Positions 40,301-52,131 of a DNA stretch of 64,000 nucleotides are shown in pieces. The stretch spans positions 930,001 to 994,000 of the forward strand of contig CP142729.1 of assembly GCA_036630325.1 (NCBI GenBank), given 5' to 3'. A program made the translations under genes and the position numbers. Position 1 is the stretch's first letter. Each line of letters begins with the position of its first letter. Source of the DNA: Vairimorpha necatrix. Taxonomy: Eukaryota. The notes beneath the pieces are model-generated. The model did not search any database. It was not told where the DNA came from and saw nothing but the letters and a program-made list of their open reading frames with translations.

Positions 40301-40817
40301 TCTCTGAAAACTACAGGTTTGGTAGAGACATTTAATGGTACGTTTTTAGGAAGTTGAGGAAATTGTGTAGATTCGGTTAGTTTGATTAGAAAGCAGCCAG
40401 AAAAAGCAAGACATTGATATTTAAGTTCATATCATAGGATCATAAAGTGTACACCATTAGAAAAAAGCATGATGAAACAGGAAGAGAACTTGCTGGTGCA
40501 ATCGAAGGCAAACAAAACTTTAGCTAAAGAAAGCAGGTTTATGGATTGGTGTCTAAACTTAAGGTGGGGATTTTGTTGTGTTTAATGATAAGTCAGTAAG
40601 TAGGGATAAATAAGATCCAAAATATACTCGTAAGGGGGAAATTCTGGAGAAAATGTTTGAGTCAGCTAGACTGAAATTAAATGATGGAGGAGTAGTTGTT
40701 TCAAATAAAGACCGTTAGGATTTTTTTGTAAGAGGGAAAATGAAGTATGCACTCTTCTGTAATATTTATTCCTTATTATTTATTTCCTCAATTTATAATA
40801 AATGTATACAGACAATA
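37317..40817 (+). mobile_element. Ty3/gypsy LTR retrotransposon with 77-bp LTRs, decayed
   Basis: LTRs 37317-37393 and 40741-40817, TSD ATGTA (empty site at ~45002), PBS TGGCGACAACG, PPT AGAGGGAAAA. Knuckle remnant, LDSGS, WRMCIDYR, YMDDI. Confidence 0.9.
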
Positions 40818-40867
40818 ATGTAGACTTAAAATTTGATCTTTGTTCGTATAAATATTTGTTTTTTTTT

Positions 40868-41616
40868 CCTTGCAAGTAAGGCGTAGGATCATAGGTATTT
40901 CGCGTGATCCTTATCCAACTGATGCAATAAGATTTTATCTCACTATAATTTACCAAAAAAGTTATCGGTGTAGGTCGCCACGCCGTATTCATGGATTTGG
41001 AACAAGAAAATATTTTTAAAATATACCTTAAATCGCGTCGAAAGTGATTTCACAGCAGATATACTTAACGGCCATGAGTTTATGAACCCGAGGAGAGACA
41101 TCATTGTACCAACTAAAAGTCTTTACAATCATCTTTTTGCATATACGGCTCTATACACCGCCGCATCAATGGCTCAGCATTTTTTATTGGACTGCGTTGA
41201 CCAAAGTCTTCCACTAGTTTCTTCCAAAGTGTTACAAAAAATTGTATTATAAGGTTCTCTAGACCTTATATTGCCCAATTTCATCTAATCCCTTGTAGCT
41301 CTAGATTTTTACTCTAGAGTGTATTGGCCGTAAGTCCAAATAGCTCGTATCAATCATGCACTTTTATGTAATAATTAGTCAACAACGGTGCTAATGTTTC
41401 TGGCCTTGAAGTACGTCTCTACTCTATATGTTACTTCTCTCTTGGCTGGACACATACAAGTTTCATTGAATAAAATTGATGATTGTCGAAAATATTAAAG
41501 GCGTCTGAAATGTTTCAACTGCATCATAGAAAAGAGAAACAATTTCGGTGCCCCCGGGATTCAAACCAAGACAATTTTAAATAAAGCATCACATTATAGT
41601 ACTGCCTAAGCGTACC
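40868..41616 (-). ncRNA. tRNA-headed structured RNA module, copy C4
   Basis: Head 41546-41616 ends GGTTTGAATCCCGGGGGCACC. Perfect hairpins at 41249-41269 and 41299-41319; long-range helices CGGTGTA/TACACCG and GCCGTAT/ATACGGC. Confidence 0.6.
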
Positions 41617-41659
41617 TTTAGAATTATTACCATTAAAAAACGATTTACTTTAGAAAATT

Positions 41660-43170
41660 ATATAATCTACAGTTTTTTATTTAGAGCCTCTTTACAATTA
41701 GTTTATTAATAAGCTCCAGGAGAAACAGTTTCTGAGTTAGTTCATAGCTGTATATTCCAAAATTCTTCAGACACTCTGTCAAATTGTAAGATATATACAA
41801 GGCTGGATCTAGGTCAAAACAGAGCAAATAAATATTACGCGCTTCTTCATACAAAACTTCTTCAGCAATAACTCTTACTACAATATAAAGTATATATGGA
41901 TCAAAAATTCATTTATAAGATCACAATTGCAACGTTCCAATTTATCAAAATAATCTAAAAGGAGAGTTAGATGGCAACTGGTCGTTATTACATTTTAAAT
42001 ATTTTTTATTGCGTCAGTTTATTTACCATACGTCATAACATAAGCCGAAATTGTGACAAAATACCAGAGCAATTATATTAGTGTTATCAGCCTATCAACT
42101 AGTACCGAAGCTTACATCCAAATGAGATTTATAAATAAGACAACAGAGAGTATCTCCTTTGAAACCGGCAGGACTCGGGAAGGAGGATCTCGAACTAAAA
42201 ACATAGTAGAGGAGCTAGAAGGTGGTGTAACCAGATAGAGTACGCGGCAGTTGAGGCAAATTAGATAAAAAACCACCTTAATAGCTTAATAAATAAATTA
42301 TATTGCTTCGAGATTTTTTCTTTAAGATTGAGCTAGTTGTTTAATCTAACAGAAAGAATTATTTTGCTTGCTATGAATCATAAATTTATTTGAGATCTTT
42401 GAACACATTTCTGTGTTCTCTGTGATCTCATAGATATGCGCAATCTGAAGGTTGACATCATTTTTATAAAAATCAAACTTTACTAAGTGTCCTAAAAATT
42501 TGAAAACTCCAAGCGCATCTGTGAATTTTCTCTCCTTTTTGTAACAGATCCCTATTCTGTACATAATTTCAAAACTTTCTGGAGTCTCACAACGGCAGAT
42601 AGAATTAGGATAAACTACTCCGGGACAAAACAAAGTTTTTTTAAAGATCGTAAATTAATCCTAGACCGTAGAAGAGGAATACATCATATGACGATGTATT
42701 TAAATACGATAAAAAATTATCGTAGGCTTCTACGTCCTGACCCGTCTTTAACAAAATATGCCCTTCTAAAATAGTGGCACATATTTGTTTCGGGTCCACG
42801 GATCTAATTTTATCTACTATCTCTTTTGGTTAATTCTAAATTGTCCTGTTGCAAGAAGCATTTCCCAAAAACGTAGAGAGGATTTATGTTCTTGGGATTG
42901 ACCAATAATGCTTCATTACAACATTTAGTGGACTCCCGTATATTAAGATATATCTTGTTTTTTTTTGGATTTAAACCTTCTTACTTTTTTCAAGGTTTTC
43001 GAATGCCATTCCCATTTGTAAGTAATTGGCTTCCATCATATAGAAGGCGATCCCCTAGGAGTCTTTATGAACATTTGGTATTTATTAACCAGTACTATGG
43101 TGAATAGTCGTCGTTTGTAAAATTTATAGCAATTATTTGATTTTGTCCTTTTCCAATCGAAAAGCAGGGG
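41660..43170 (-). pseudogene. TPR (Ssn6/Cyc8-like) pseudogene, copy T3
   Basis: ORF 42346-42633 EIMYRIGICYKKERKFTDALGVF...LQIAHIYE; mirror of T1. Confidence 0.7.
42017..42313 (+). mobile_element. Non-LTR (RLE) 3' fragment in T3
   Basis: ORF 42053-42238 TKYQ...EAYIQMRFINKTTESISFE; same insertion site as in T1. Confidence 0.7.
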
Positions 43171-43399
43171 TTAAAAAAAAATTATTTTTTAGAAAGTTCA
43201 TTGATGTGTTTGACAGATAAATAATATTACTCTTTAGTCAAAAAATCGTTTAGAGATGTCGGTTAAATTATCTAAATAGAAACAACGTAGGATTCCACGC
43301 ATTTTTTGTATATATTCAACAAGTCGCTAGTCTATCCAATTGAAAGATACTGTAGAAACCCAATTGATTTTGGGAACAATACTCTGATATAAAAAAATC

Positions 43400-44551
43400 G
43401 GTGCATCTTTAGTAACGTGCCGGAAGGTAACACCCCCTTACAGACAAAAATTTAACAAAATTTTGAAAAAAATATGAAAACGATATAAAAATGCTTATTT
43501 AATTCAGTAGTTTAGATAAAAGATCAACAAACCCCTTATAGAAGTCTCCCATATCATCTTTTCGAAGTATAAATTTCCTATACATAAATTCATCGAGCCA
43601 TGTATCTATCTCCGACCGTTTTACTCCATGTTCTTTGGTCATTTCAGACTTAAGTTAGACCATACGTTCTCAATATTATTTGTATGAATACCATCAGGAG
43701 ATAAAAAACCTATAGAATGATTAATAACTTGATAACTTAGACATAAATTTTCTGCCACCCCGGAATAACTAGGATGACCATCGCTATGTAAAACCGAACC
43801 TACACCAATTCTTCCCTCTAGAGCAGCAGTAAGGCACTCAATGGTTCTATTCTCTACCCTCTAGAGCAGCAGTAAGGCACTCAATGGTTCTATTCTCTAC
43901 CCTCGTAATGTAGAAGTTTGAAGGATTTTGAGCATCTATTATGCCCAAAATCCAAACGGTGTCCCTTATAAAGTCGTCCGAAGAGGTAGGAGATCTTATT
44001 TTACCCCCCTCTGCATATAACAGACTCATCTACTTGAACGACTTGCCCGGGTCCTCCGATTATAATTCTATTCTTTAGTATATATTTATAGATCTTTCGG
44101 AGGCTGCTTTTTACGGCAGAGATTGTAGCTGTTGAAACGCCTAATTTTGCTATCAACTGAAAGTAAGAATATCTGCATAATATTCCAAATACAAGGTCAC
44201 AGAATGTTTGAAGAGGGACCTTGCATCCTTATTACTAGCCAGCCTCGCACTGCATTTGTAGTTCGAACAGCGATATGCTACTCTTGTAACGATTTCTTCC
44301 TTGACAGGACCCAATCTCATGTTACATCCACATTTGGAACATGATTTTTGCTCCTTCAGCACTTCTAAGTCAATTAAAGCTTCTAAACTGGCGTCAACGT
44401 TATGGAAAAGCCTTTGTATATACACAAGTTTCATTTTTGTGCTTTTCTTTAGTAACGTGCCGGAGTTTTCTAAATCGACGTTTTTCATTTTAGGGGTAAA
44501 AAGTATTTTTTTTAAAAAAACAAAATCCGGGCACGTTACTAAAGATGCACC
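43400..44551 (-). mobile_element. Merlin DNA transposon, right-arm specific
   Basis: TIRs GGTGCATCTTTAGTAACGTGCC, perfect TSD AAAAAATC; VQVDES, WILGII, HSDGHPSY, TNNIENVWS. Internal 43-bp tandem duplication at 43814-43903. Empty sites at ~14832 and ~36872. Confidence 0.95.
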
Positions 44552-45056
44552 AAAAAATCAAGTATGTAAAAAGAAACTTGAAATTGTTTAACACATATTT
44601 TTTGTATTTTATTATAAGTCAACCTTAAATTTACATCTATTCATGTTGTATTTCTTTTTGTAAAAATCATACATCCATATTTTAAACTTCTCCTGTCTGA
44701 TTGCAACTCTTTATAACATATGAACAAATAAACATAAAACTCGTTTTTAGCAATATTAATTTTTGTCAAATTTCAAATAAAATCCTTTTATTAAGGAGTT
44801 TAAATAGTCGACTGGGTATTTTTAAGAATAAAAAAGTTAACTAATTAATCTGTTGAAATTTAAACTAATTCTTTTTTTTTTGACCTCAAATATCCAGAGT
44901 TACGAGTATAGTTACGAATAGGCGTTCTTTTCTTATCTTGGACCAATGTTTCAAGCACGTTACATTTTTATCAATATAACTAAATGATCAATTCAGTTTT
45001 TATGTAGACTTAAAATTTGATCTTCGTTCGTATTAATATTTGTTAATTTTTTTAAC

Positions 45057-45811
45057 TTTGCGAGTAAGGCGTAGGGATCATAGGTATTTGAGTTTTATCC
45101 TTATCAAACAGATTTAGTAAGATTCTTACTCACTATAATTTGTCATAAAAGGCATCAGTGCAAATTGTTAAGCCGTATACATGGATTTTAGACAAAGAGA
45201 ACATTTTAAATATATGCATCAAATCTCGTCAAGGACGATTTCGCAGCAGATATACTTAACGGCCATGAGTGTAATAGCTTGAGAAGAGACATCATTGTAT
45301 TATCTCAATGGTCTCTACATAATCTTTATCGCATATACGACTCCTTACACCGCCACATCATTAACTCTGCATTTTTTATTGGACTGCTTTGATTCGAAAC
45401 GTACACTAGTTACGGCCACCGTGCTTCAGAATATTAGTATAGGAAACTATTAAACCATCTATCGACTTACTTCGTCTAGTCTTTAGTGAGCTCTAGGATC
45501 CCACTCTAGAGTGCGTCAATATTAGCCCTTAACTATGCCGTACCCATCAGATACTTTTATGTATCATTAAGTCACCACATGTGGTGGGATCCTGTTTTAG
45601 GTCTTCAGGTGCGTTTATACACTAGATGATAATCCCTTTGTGACTGGACACACTAAGTCGCATGAAAAAACTTAATGATCATCGTTGTCATTTTTATCGT
45701 CTGAGTTTTTCCATTGCATCATAGAAAGAGAATCGTTTTGGTGCCCCTAAGTATCAAATCAAGCCATTGCTAAATTCAAGCATCGCCATCGACCACTGGG
45801 CTAAGGTTGCC
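45057..45811 (-). ncRNA. tRNA-headed structured RNA module, copy C5 (mirror of C1)
   Basis: Head 45739-45811; helix GAGTCGTATAT/GTATACGGCTT; hairpin CACCA-CATG-TGGTG at 45573-45586. Confidence 0.6.
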
Positions 45812-45879
45812 CGCAAGAATCTCAGAAGGGGAGGAAACTGGGCTCAACAGAATCCTATATTTCAAGATAATGATTTTGC

Positions 45880-46640
45880 AATAGACTTTCGAATAAATTT
45901 AGATGAAATAATGCCCAACAGCTTATGTACTTAAATTCATGTTTAGGTAACATGTCCGTGCTATAATTATTTTCTCAATTTATGAGAAAAAGAACATATG
46001 TATTGAAAAATTCAAAAAAAATAATAATTAAGAAAAACACTTGATTATAGATTAACCATCAAATTTTAGAAGATTCTGGAAGGTTTTTTTGCGTGTATTT
46101 TCTTACTTAAACTATCAAGCTAGTTTATATCTTCAAAATAGCCGAGTCAACATATATTTAAAAAAAAATAATTTTTGGATATTCTAAGCAAGACTTCTTG
46201 AAAATAAAAAATATAGGAAGAAAATATACGTGTTAAAGTCGCTGAAACTATCATATTAAATGGCTTGGTAATTGTCAATCTGTCTTCATAGAAGACGATA
46301 CTACTAAAATACAATTGATACTTGGAGGAGTCGAAGAGGTGATTGAACGAAATTTATGTTACATTAATTCCTAACGGAAAACACGAAACTTTGCAAGTAG
46401 AGTTTAAAAACGCATACTTATGTGAACTATTATTGTTACTGATGGATATACATCATACACCAAAGCCGTGGATAATTTTGGATTAAAGCATAAAATAGTA
46501 AATCATAGGAGGGATTGAAAACAACGAAGGTGGAGATACAAATAAGATTGAAAATTATAGTTTATACTTAAGATACGATTATAGAAAAAGCCTTGGATCA
46601 AATCATGATCGTATCAATAAATTTTTAGAAGATTTTTTGG
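45880..46640 (+). pseudogene. Merlin transposase remnant (mirror of 12750-13530)
   Basis: TDGYTSYTKAVDNFGLKHKIVNH, TNKIEN. Confidence 0.7.
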
Positions 46641-46728
46641 CGCAACAGACGTTGTCAATATAGAAAAAAAAATTTGTATTCCTCGTGCCCCTTCTTTATT
46701 TTTACAAAAGTGTTCAGTAATTAATTAT

Positions 46729-49700
46729 GTCCAATATCAGAATTAGTGTAAAAAATAGGGGTCAAAATTTAAAAAATTGCCCTTTTTAAAAAAAAGCAAG
46801 GGAAGTTAAGCAATGAGGAAATCAAAACTTATATATATATTTTAGCAAACAAACAATACTACCAGAAAAGTATAAAATGAGGTTGGAAAGAAGAGTATCA
46901 AATGAAACCGCCCTTGAGGTGTAAGGCTGCAAAATGTAAAACATAGATTTTTAATTTGGAATCATACTGTATTTGCATACAATTAAGCAGAATATTTACT
47001 TTTGTTATAAATAGTAAATTTCTGGATTTTAGAAATAAAAATAATCAATATATTAAGAATTTCGGAAAGTAACATACAAAACTTAAGTTTTCCCTAGAAG
47101 TTATATAAATTAAAAATTCATGAGAAGCGTATATATAATATAAAGCGGATAAAAGAGAAATTTTTTATAGTAGAGAAAGATGAGAGTAAAATCGTCAAAA
47201 TTAAATATCGTAGGGTGAGGCTTGTTAATGGGGTTTGGTGTTTCGGAATTGTAAAAAAAACCGAAGCAAAGGAGATAGTCCTCGTAATAAATAATAAAAG
47301 AAACAAAGATACATTGTTTTCCATCGTGCTTAAACGGGTAAATCTCTATATGTCATCCATTCGGTTATATGGAAGGCATATATAACTTTAAGAAATTATT
47401 ATGCGGACCTTATAACTGTAAATCACAGTCGAACATTTAAACAGAGAGACAGATGTCCATACAAACATCATCAAAGAATATTAAGACCCCTTGAGGCCTC
47501 TCTATCCAATGTGTGTAGACATACGAACTTGCCGAAATTTATTAACTCTATATATGATTAAAAAAATGAGAGCCAGAACACTTTTAAAGTATTATTAATA
47601 TTATATTTTTAATTTATATATATATTTAAATTTTATTCATTACATTTTATATTTAATGTCTTTATTTATCATAAATTGGGGTCAATAATATTACAGAATA
47701 TAACATCCCCCTCCAAGACGGTTAGTCTCATACTTACTCAAACCCCCCTTTAAATCATAATGTCTTTTCTTCACCAGCCGTCCTGTTTCCAATCGTACAA
47801 TATAAGAATCACCTCCACAAATCGCGTAAATTTTTCCCTTCTCCATAAATCGTCCTTTTCATATTTAGTACATCCCTTCAAATTTTCTTTTTTCGCTACT
47901 CGTACTTTCTGATTCCTGTAAAACTTTTCTCTCTTCCATTTAACAAACTTCTTACTGTATCTTCCTTCGGGACCATTTTCTATCATATCTTTTCCACTAG
48001 TATCCAAAACTGCCTCTTTCGTTGTATAATCTATCCCACTGTGGTAACTATTATTATACATATCAATCGCTTTCATAACCTTATCGTCAAAATCATCGCC
48101 TTTCATTTTCAAAATAGCTTCTCTCAATGTTCCTATTACTCTCTCTACACGTCCATTACTATGGTGGCTTTCTATGCTTATCTTCCTGTGAGCAATATCT
48201 AATCTTCTACATAATATCCTAAGATCCTCGTTAACAAATTCCTTGCCATTATCGGTTATTATTTCCTCTGGTCGGTTTCCGTTCCTACATAAACTTTCTA
48301 TAAACCAAGCAACATTCTGAGCTTTTTTTTCCTTCATGCTCATTCCCAAAATTAGTCTAGTATGGTAATCAAACCAATCAAAACGTACCCACATTCGTCG
48401 CGAAATTCAATCAAATCAAAAGCTACTTTCTCTAAATATCTACTGGTACTAATAAAATCACATACGCCCGACATCTTCTTATTATAAATTTGACATCTTT
48501 CACACTTAAATAACTCATTAAAAATCACTGACTTCATACCTTACCAATAGTAAAGCTTCTTCATCGCATAATAAACACTTCCAACACTACTATGACCTCC
48601 ATTTTCGTAATATTCCATTATTAACTTTGCCCCATTTTCATTCTTTGGTATCTCTGCTCTTATACCACTATCAAAGACCTAGTTTTCCGTTTAATCATCA
48701 TATACTGTATGTTTCTTCTCTTTTCCTTCAATTTATTTCACTGTTCTTTTCTTTATCATTTTCTCTTTCTCAGTCTCTTCAACGGGCGCTCTACTTAACG
48801 CATCGGCCACTACCATTATATCTGGCTTCATGTACTCAATTGCAACATCGAACTCTTGAATCTTTCTCTATCCGCCTATAATCCTATTATTATCGAATTG
48901 TGGCTTTCTCCTGATTTCTATCAAAGCTTTATGGTCTGTTTCAACTTTTTATTTGTGACCTCTTAATTCATATTCGAACTTTTTGATTCCCCAGTAGACC
49001 GCATACATCTTTTTCTCGCTTATTCCGTATCTTGATTCCGTGGGAGTAACCTTTTTCGAAGCCCACTGTACCGGCACCCACTCCTCTTCGGCATTCTTTT
49101 GCATTACTACCGCGCCCATTCCTATGTTTGACGCATCTGTTCTAAATAAAAACTCCTTTTCATAATTTATTATCTTCAACTTTCCCAAAGTCTTAACCTT
49201 TCCTTATAACTTAACAAATTCATCTTTCATATTTTGTGTTCATTTCCATTCGTTTTTACCCTTCAAACTGTCGGTCAAATGTACCGTTAAATACGCATAA
49301 TTTTTTATAAAGCTTCTGAACCATCCTGTTAATCCTAAAAATCTCCTTACTTCTGACACGTTTTATGGCTTTGGGAATTCTAACGTTTCGTTTTGTTTTC
49401 TTTCAGACGGTGTTATCTCTAAACCATTCAGTGTAACCCCCAATAGCTTTACCTCCTTCAAGCATAACTGTACCTTATTAATATTAATCATCATCTTATT
49501 ATCTTCCAACTTCCTAAGTGCTTCTCCTAACAATATATCGTGCTCCTCTCTCGTCGCTGCATGTATAACAATATCATCCATATACACTTCTATTCCTTTT
49601 CCCAAGTGTCTCTCAAACAATTTATTCAATATTTTTTGTAAAATCTGCGGGGAGTTCTTGTATCTTATAACCATACTATTCCATTCATAGACCCTTCTGT

Positions 49701-50841
49701 TAAATTCAAATGAAGTTTTATGTTTATCTGCCTCGTCGATCTCAATATTATAAAATGCTTCCTCAAAGTCAATTACCGTAAAATATTTTGAACCCTGTGT
49801 ATTCCTAATTATGTCTCTTATATTAACTAACTAATAAGGATCCTTTTCAACCAAATCATTCAAGGCCATCAGATTACTCAATAGCCTTATTCCGCCATCT
49901 GGCTTTCTGTAACGCTCTTATTGGATTTCTCCATTCCGAATTCCTCCTTCTTATTACCTTCCTCTTTTCCAGTCCTTTAATAAAATTTCCAGTATCCTCC
50001 ATTAATGCTTGAGGTATGCACTGTCCTTTTTCCACTACTTTAGCACCCTCTTGTGTTTTTATCTTACATTTCTCAATCGAAAATATTCTATAACCTCGTC
50101 TCCCGAACTAAACACTTTCCTATATTTTGTCTTCAGTTCTTCAAGTCCTAAAACGCTTCCAGCTGCCTCAACTTCATTTTTTCTTTTTGAAAGTTCTCTA
50201 CTTGTAAACTTCTTTTGCCTCTTCGCGGCTGCTGTCGTCCTATATCCACTCCGCTCACTAACACTACTATCATCCTCATAGACTTCATTGCACTCCTTTT
50301 TATTTTCTTTTCCTTTATATTTGTAATAACATCTATCACTCTTATGTCCCATTCTCTGACACTCATAACATCTATAACTCTTATTCTCACAGCCCAACCC
50401 CTCTGCTGTTCAATCTCTCCTCTCTGCTCTTTCTCTACTCTCTACATCTCTTCTAAAATTTTCTCAATTTTCTCAATTCCGTCCTCCTTCCTCACATATT
50501 CTACCATAAAATTTCTCAAATCCTCTATACCCAAACTATAAATATCTTCTAATTCAATCCCTTCCTGTTCAATCAATCTCAATCCATACATAATAATACT
50601 AAACTCATTCCGTATCGTTCTGATCACCTGACCACAGTCCTCACGCGCCGACTTTTTGTTTCTTGTGTTCGCCATGTCTTTATTTATCATAAATTGGGGT
50701 CAATCATATTACAGAATATAACATTTAATACAAGTTAGTTTTTTTTTTTTTGAAGTTTTCTCATTCTTTCTTTTTTTTAGAAAAGGGACAATTTATTTAA
50801 AATTTTGACCCCTTTTTTTTACACTAATGCTGATATTAGAC
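46729..50841 (+). mobile_element. Mirror of the inverted-repeat-bounded Merlin remnant
   Basis: Reverse complement of 8510-12674. Confidence 0.6.
47657..50723 (-). mobile_element. Ty3/gypsy element with 49-bp LTRs (mirror of 8624-11745)
   Basis: LTRs 47657-47705 and 50675-50723, same TSD; ~50-bp deletion in gag between AGAGGAGAG repeats. Confidence 0.95.
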
Positions 50842-52131
50842 TTAATTTCTGTTTAATAACTTTTTTAGAGGGATGAGACGAATTTTTTAATAGGGGCAAT
50901 TATTTCACACATTAGCAATTGGCAATGCTTTAAATCACAATCTCTTTATACGTTTCTGATTTTTTTTTTCTTTGGTTTTTTACTACAATTTTTTAATTCT
51001 TCATTCAAAACGAATATATTTTTTAATATAGTCTTTTTTTAGTCCATGAACCCCCATAAATTCTTAAGATCATTTAAATTTTTATTATCGCACAATGAGC
51101 TCATTTAGTAATAGTTTTAGAAAAAAAATTACACGAAATTATTGAACATATAAAATTGTTTATGACTCATTAATATCAAAAGTATTTTTTTTTCGTAATA
51201 GCTGACGTTATTACCGAAGACTTTACCCAGTTTAAAATACATTTCTAAATAATTGTTTATTAAAGGCTCTTTTGGCCTGTATTGGTTTTTGTTTGTTTGT
51301 GACCCGTCATTGCTTTGCTGATTGATGACTTTTCTTCTTGTAGCTCATGCTTTTCTTTTCAAAAATAAACATTTATAAAAAATAAAATTCTAGAAAATTC
51401 ATTTTTTCTAGAAAAAGTTTTTATCAGAAAAAATGATTTTCTTAACATGTGGATAATGCCACAGTCTGTCTCTCCTAGAACTTTAGATTTTTAATGTGGC
51501 TCCAACGTTTATTCCCCTTTAACCTGGCCCAATATCCTTTCTTACTAACCGCTTCAATTCTTCGAAATTTTGTAAATTTACATCCAACCTTATCAGGATT
51601 AAATAAGCGTTCTCGGCAGAAATCTCTCACTTTAGCTAACTGTATAGTGGTTGTACTATAAGGATATTTATATGATATTGGTCTTCGCATAGGATCGTAT
51701 AAATTCTCATAATACTCAAATAATTTATAAGGCACCTTTCTCTTGATGATCTCATATGATAAATCCTTGATACTTCTATCTGTGTACTGAATGAAGGCAT
51801 TTTTATAGAATCATTTTCCTGCTTAATATCCAAGACTTTAAGAATATTCGACTTCAGATCTAATTTATAGAAATCATTTATACTGGAACTTAGAGACAAA
51901 ACTTTATCATGTAAGGAATTATTAGAATCATTCTTAGACTTCTTCTCTACATTTTACTCAGAAGACAGAGTAGACACTTTCTTAGGGCGCTTAGTCTCTT
52001 TTATTAGACTCTTGTTTTCATTCTCTTTTAAAGAACTTTTCCTAGATTTCTTCTTTTCTTGTAGTGAGCTGTCAAATTTCTAACTATATTTTCATCTTTA
52101 ATTGAACTTTTGTTATTTTGTTTGTAGAGAC

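Noticed and set aside
41140-41155. Group II intron domain V (GAGCCGTAT) in the RNA module
   Set aside because: No adjacent GNRA loop or CGTACGGTTC half; the partner strand is ~160 nt away.
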